Assembly (NCBI GenBank): GCA_035476575.1
Contig: DATILL010000065.1
Coordinates: 49,149 to 113,148 of the forward strand
Direction: 5' to 3'
DNA: 64,000 nucleotides
Origin: Mycobacteriales bacterium
Lineage (GTDB): Bacteria > Actinomycetota > Actinomycetes > Mycobacteriales > JACQDL01
The notes beneath the pieces are model-generated. The model was not told the DNA's origin, made no database searches, and saw only the letters and a list, made by a program, of their open reading frames with translations. The translations under genes and the position numbers were made by a program. Numbering within the stretch: the first letter of the stretch is position 1; each line of letters begins with the position of its first letter. This document shows, piece by piece, positions 62,769-64,000 of this stretch.

Positions 62769-62819
62769 GTGGCCGGGGATGCTAAGTGGCCGGGGATGCT
62801 AAGTGGCCGGGGATGCTGA

Positions 62820-63185
62820 GTGAGCCTGCTGCTGGTGCTGCTCGGCGGTGCTCTCGGCGCGCCGGCCCGGTACCTCACCGACCGGGCGCTGGCGGCCCGG
62901 ACCAGGTCGGCGTTCCCGTGGGGGACGCTGGCGGTGAACGTGGTGGGGTCCGGGCTGCTCGGGCTGCTGGCCGGGCTGGGCGGTGCGCTGCCGTCGGCGG
63001 TGGGCACGCTGGTCGGCACCGGCTTCTGCGGCGCGCTGACGACGTACTCCACGTTCGGGTACGAGACGGTGCGGCTGGTCGAGGAGGGCGCGTCCTGGCT
63101 TGCCGCCCGCAACGTGCTGGCCAACGTCGTCCTGGGACTCATCGTCGGCGTGGCCGCCTACGTCGCCGGCATCGCCCTCGCCTGA
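62820..63185 (+). CDS. crcB: Fluoride channel subunit CrcB/FluC (copy 2)
   Basis: 121-aa ORF with the CGALTTYSTF motif. GTG 62820 is the last unit boundary of a 3 x 17-bp tandem repeat. Confidence 0.85.
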   Translation: MSLLLVLLGGALGAPARYLTDRALAARTRSAFPWGTLAVNVVGSGLLGLLAGLGGALPSAVGTLVGTGFCGALTTYSTFGYETVRLVEEGASWLAARNVLANVVLGLIVGVAAYVAGIALA

Positions 63186-63204
63186 GCTCCACCTGCCCCT
63201 CACT

Positions 63205-63271
63205 CCGAACGATCATCGAGTTGTTGTCGCTAGTTGATCTCTACCAGCGACAACAACTCGATGATCGGCGG
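63205..63271. repeat. Dispersed hairpin element, copy C
   Basis: CCGaaCGATCATCGAGTTGTTGTCGCT-AGTTGATCTCTACC-AGCGACAACAACTCGATGATCGgcGG. It lies in the intergenic region between crcB and the PAAR gene. Confidence 0.85.
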
Positions 63272-63293
63272 GTAGGGGGCGGGAAGGGCGGGC

Positions 63294-63686
63294 TCAGCCG
63301 CCGATCATGACGGTGCCGGCGGCCTGGACGGTGCCGACCGGGGCCGGCGCCGGGTCGTTGCAGGTGTTCGCCGTGTCGCCCATGCGCGCGGCCGGCTTGT
63401 TGTTGATGAGCACCGTCGCGCTGCCCTTGATGATGGTGCCCTGGTTGGTCGGCGGCACCTGGAACGGGCCGCCGGCCGGGATGTGCGGTGGGGTGTTCAT
63501 CGCGATGCTGCCCACCACCGCGGCCGGTTGCCCGCCGATCAGCACGTTGGTGCTGCACCCGCTGGTGATCGTGCCGTTGAACGGCATCGGGGTCGGCGTC
63601 GGCACCGGCCCGCCCGGCGTCGGCACCATGATGATGTGCGTGTCGGTGCCGATCACCTTGTCGCCCATCTTCGCCGCGGGTGGCAT
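63294..63686 (-). CDS. PAAR-domain protein (spike-tip protein of contractile injection systems)
   Basis: Three PAAR-type repeats are present (PPAAKMGD, GQPAAVVGS, NKPAARMGD). ATG 63686 overlaps the upstream gene's stop (ATGA). Confidence 0.8.
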   Translation of the reverse strand: MPPAAKMGDKVIGTDTHIIMVPTPGGPVPTPTPMPFNGTITSGCSTNVLIGGQPAAVVGSIAMNTPPHIPAGGPFQVPPTNQGTIIKGSATVLINNKPAARMGDTANTCNDPAPAPVGTVQAAGTVMIGG

Positions 63687-64000
63687 CAGCGTGGCTCCTC
63701 GACGTGCCGCTTGCGCCAGTGCTGGTCGGGGCGGGGCACCGGCATGCCGTTGGCCGCCGGCGGCTGCGGGCCGGGGTGCTTCGGCGGGTCGGGCGGGGTG
63801 GCGTCCCGGCCGACCCCCAGGTGCATGTCCTGCGCCGGCTTGGCCAGGTCGGTGACCAGGGCCGGTACCAGCGGCGCGCTGATGGCCAGGTCGACGGCCA
63901 GCCGCGGGGCCAGCCCGAGGGCCGCCCACAGCGTGCCGGGGTTGCTTGGCGGCGCCGGCCGGCTGACCGACAGCAGCACCGGCAGGTCGGTCTCGGCCAG
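63686..64000 (-). CDS. 3' end of an unidentified gene translationally coupled to the PAAR gene (5' part lies outside the window)
   Basis: The open frame runs to the window edge and ends ..PRPDQHWRKRHVEEPR. No motif was recognised. Confidence 0.35.
   Translation of the reverse strand: MAETDLPVLLSVSRPAPPSNPGTLWAALGLAPRLAVDLAISAPLVPALVTDLAKPAQDMHLGVGRDATPPDPPKHPGPQPPAANGMPVPRPDQHWRKRHVEEPR

Overview
This 64-kb window comes from a very GC-rich actinomycete chromosome. BldD, MihF/sIHF and SARP genes point to a filamentous actinomycete, but the genus cannot be determined from the sequence alone. All domain calls below come from reading motifs in the supplied translations. No BLAST or HMM search was possible.

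Backbone. A conserved housekeeping block lies almost entirely on the + strand: aroC-aroK-aroB-aroQ, pepP-efp-nusB, bldD (- strand), pyrR-pyrB-pyrC-carA-carB-pyrD-pyrF, mihF-gmk-rpoZ-coaBC-metK, priA, and def-fmt-rsmB. All of these reading frames are intact.

Accessory insertions.
(1) About 880-12100, between a prepilin-peptidase gene and aroC. It holds a frameshifted Crp-like cNMP-binding regulator, a cyclase-fold protein, and a 1752-aa NLR-like STAND NTPase-TPR protein. The last two share a near-identical 17-residue G/N/V-rich motif across their gene junction. The STAND protein ends in a TM helix plus low-GC tandem beta-rich repeats. A convergent three-gene graspetide cluster (precursor, ATP-grasp ligase, PIMT-type methyltransferase) follows, then a decayed duplicate of the aroC 5' end and a vapBC cassette.
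(2) About 15350-22900, between aroQ and pepP. This is a lanthipeptide cluster: SARP regulator, 120-aa precursor, APH-like kinase, a fused N-terminal domain plus LanC cyclase, and an S8 protease.
(3) 29935-31170. An ABC/AAA_21-type ATPase is translationally coupled between carA and carB.
(4) About 41300-41930. Decayed sigma-factor and DoxX-like remnants.
(5) About 49320-53010. A phosphoesterase gene, a badly decayed rpe pseudogene, and remnants of an actinomycete integrative-conjugative element (Nudix-like gene, FtsK/TraB-like gene, repeat array).

Right end of the window. It carries an ATP-dependent DNA ligase, an ECF sigma/anti-sigma pair, an ABC exporter, MarR, GH92, crcB-DUF190-crcB, and a PAAR gene at the window edge.

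Repeat families. Two dispersed non-coding families stand out. One is a roughly 67-nt hairpin element with conserved ends and loop and covarying stems. The other is arrays of a 13-bp palindrome, TGTGGT(G/C)ACCACA.

Other points. Frameshifts are confined to accessory genes, which argues for real decay rather than sequencing error. No rRNA, tRNA or CRISPR array was seen.
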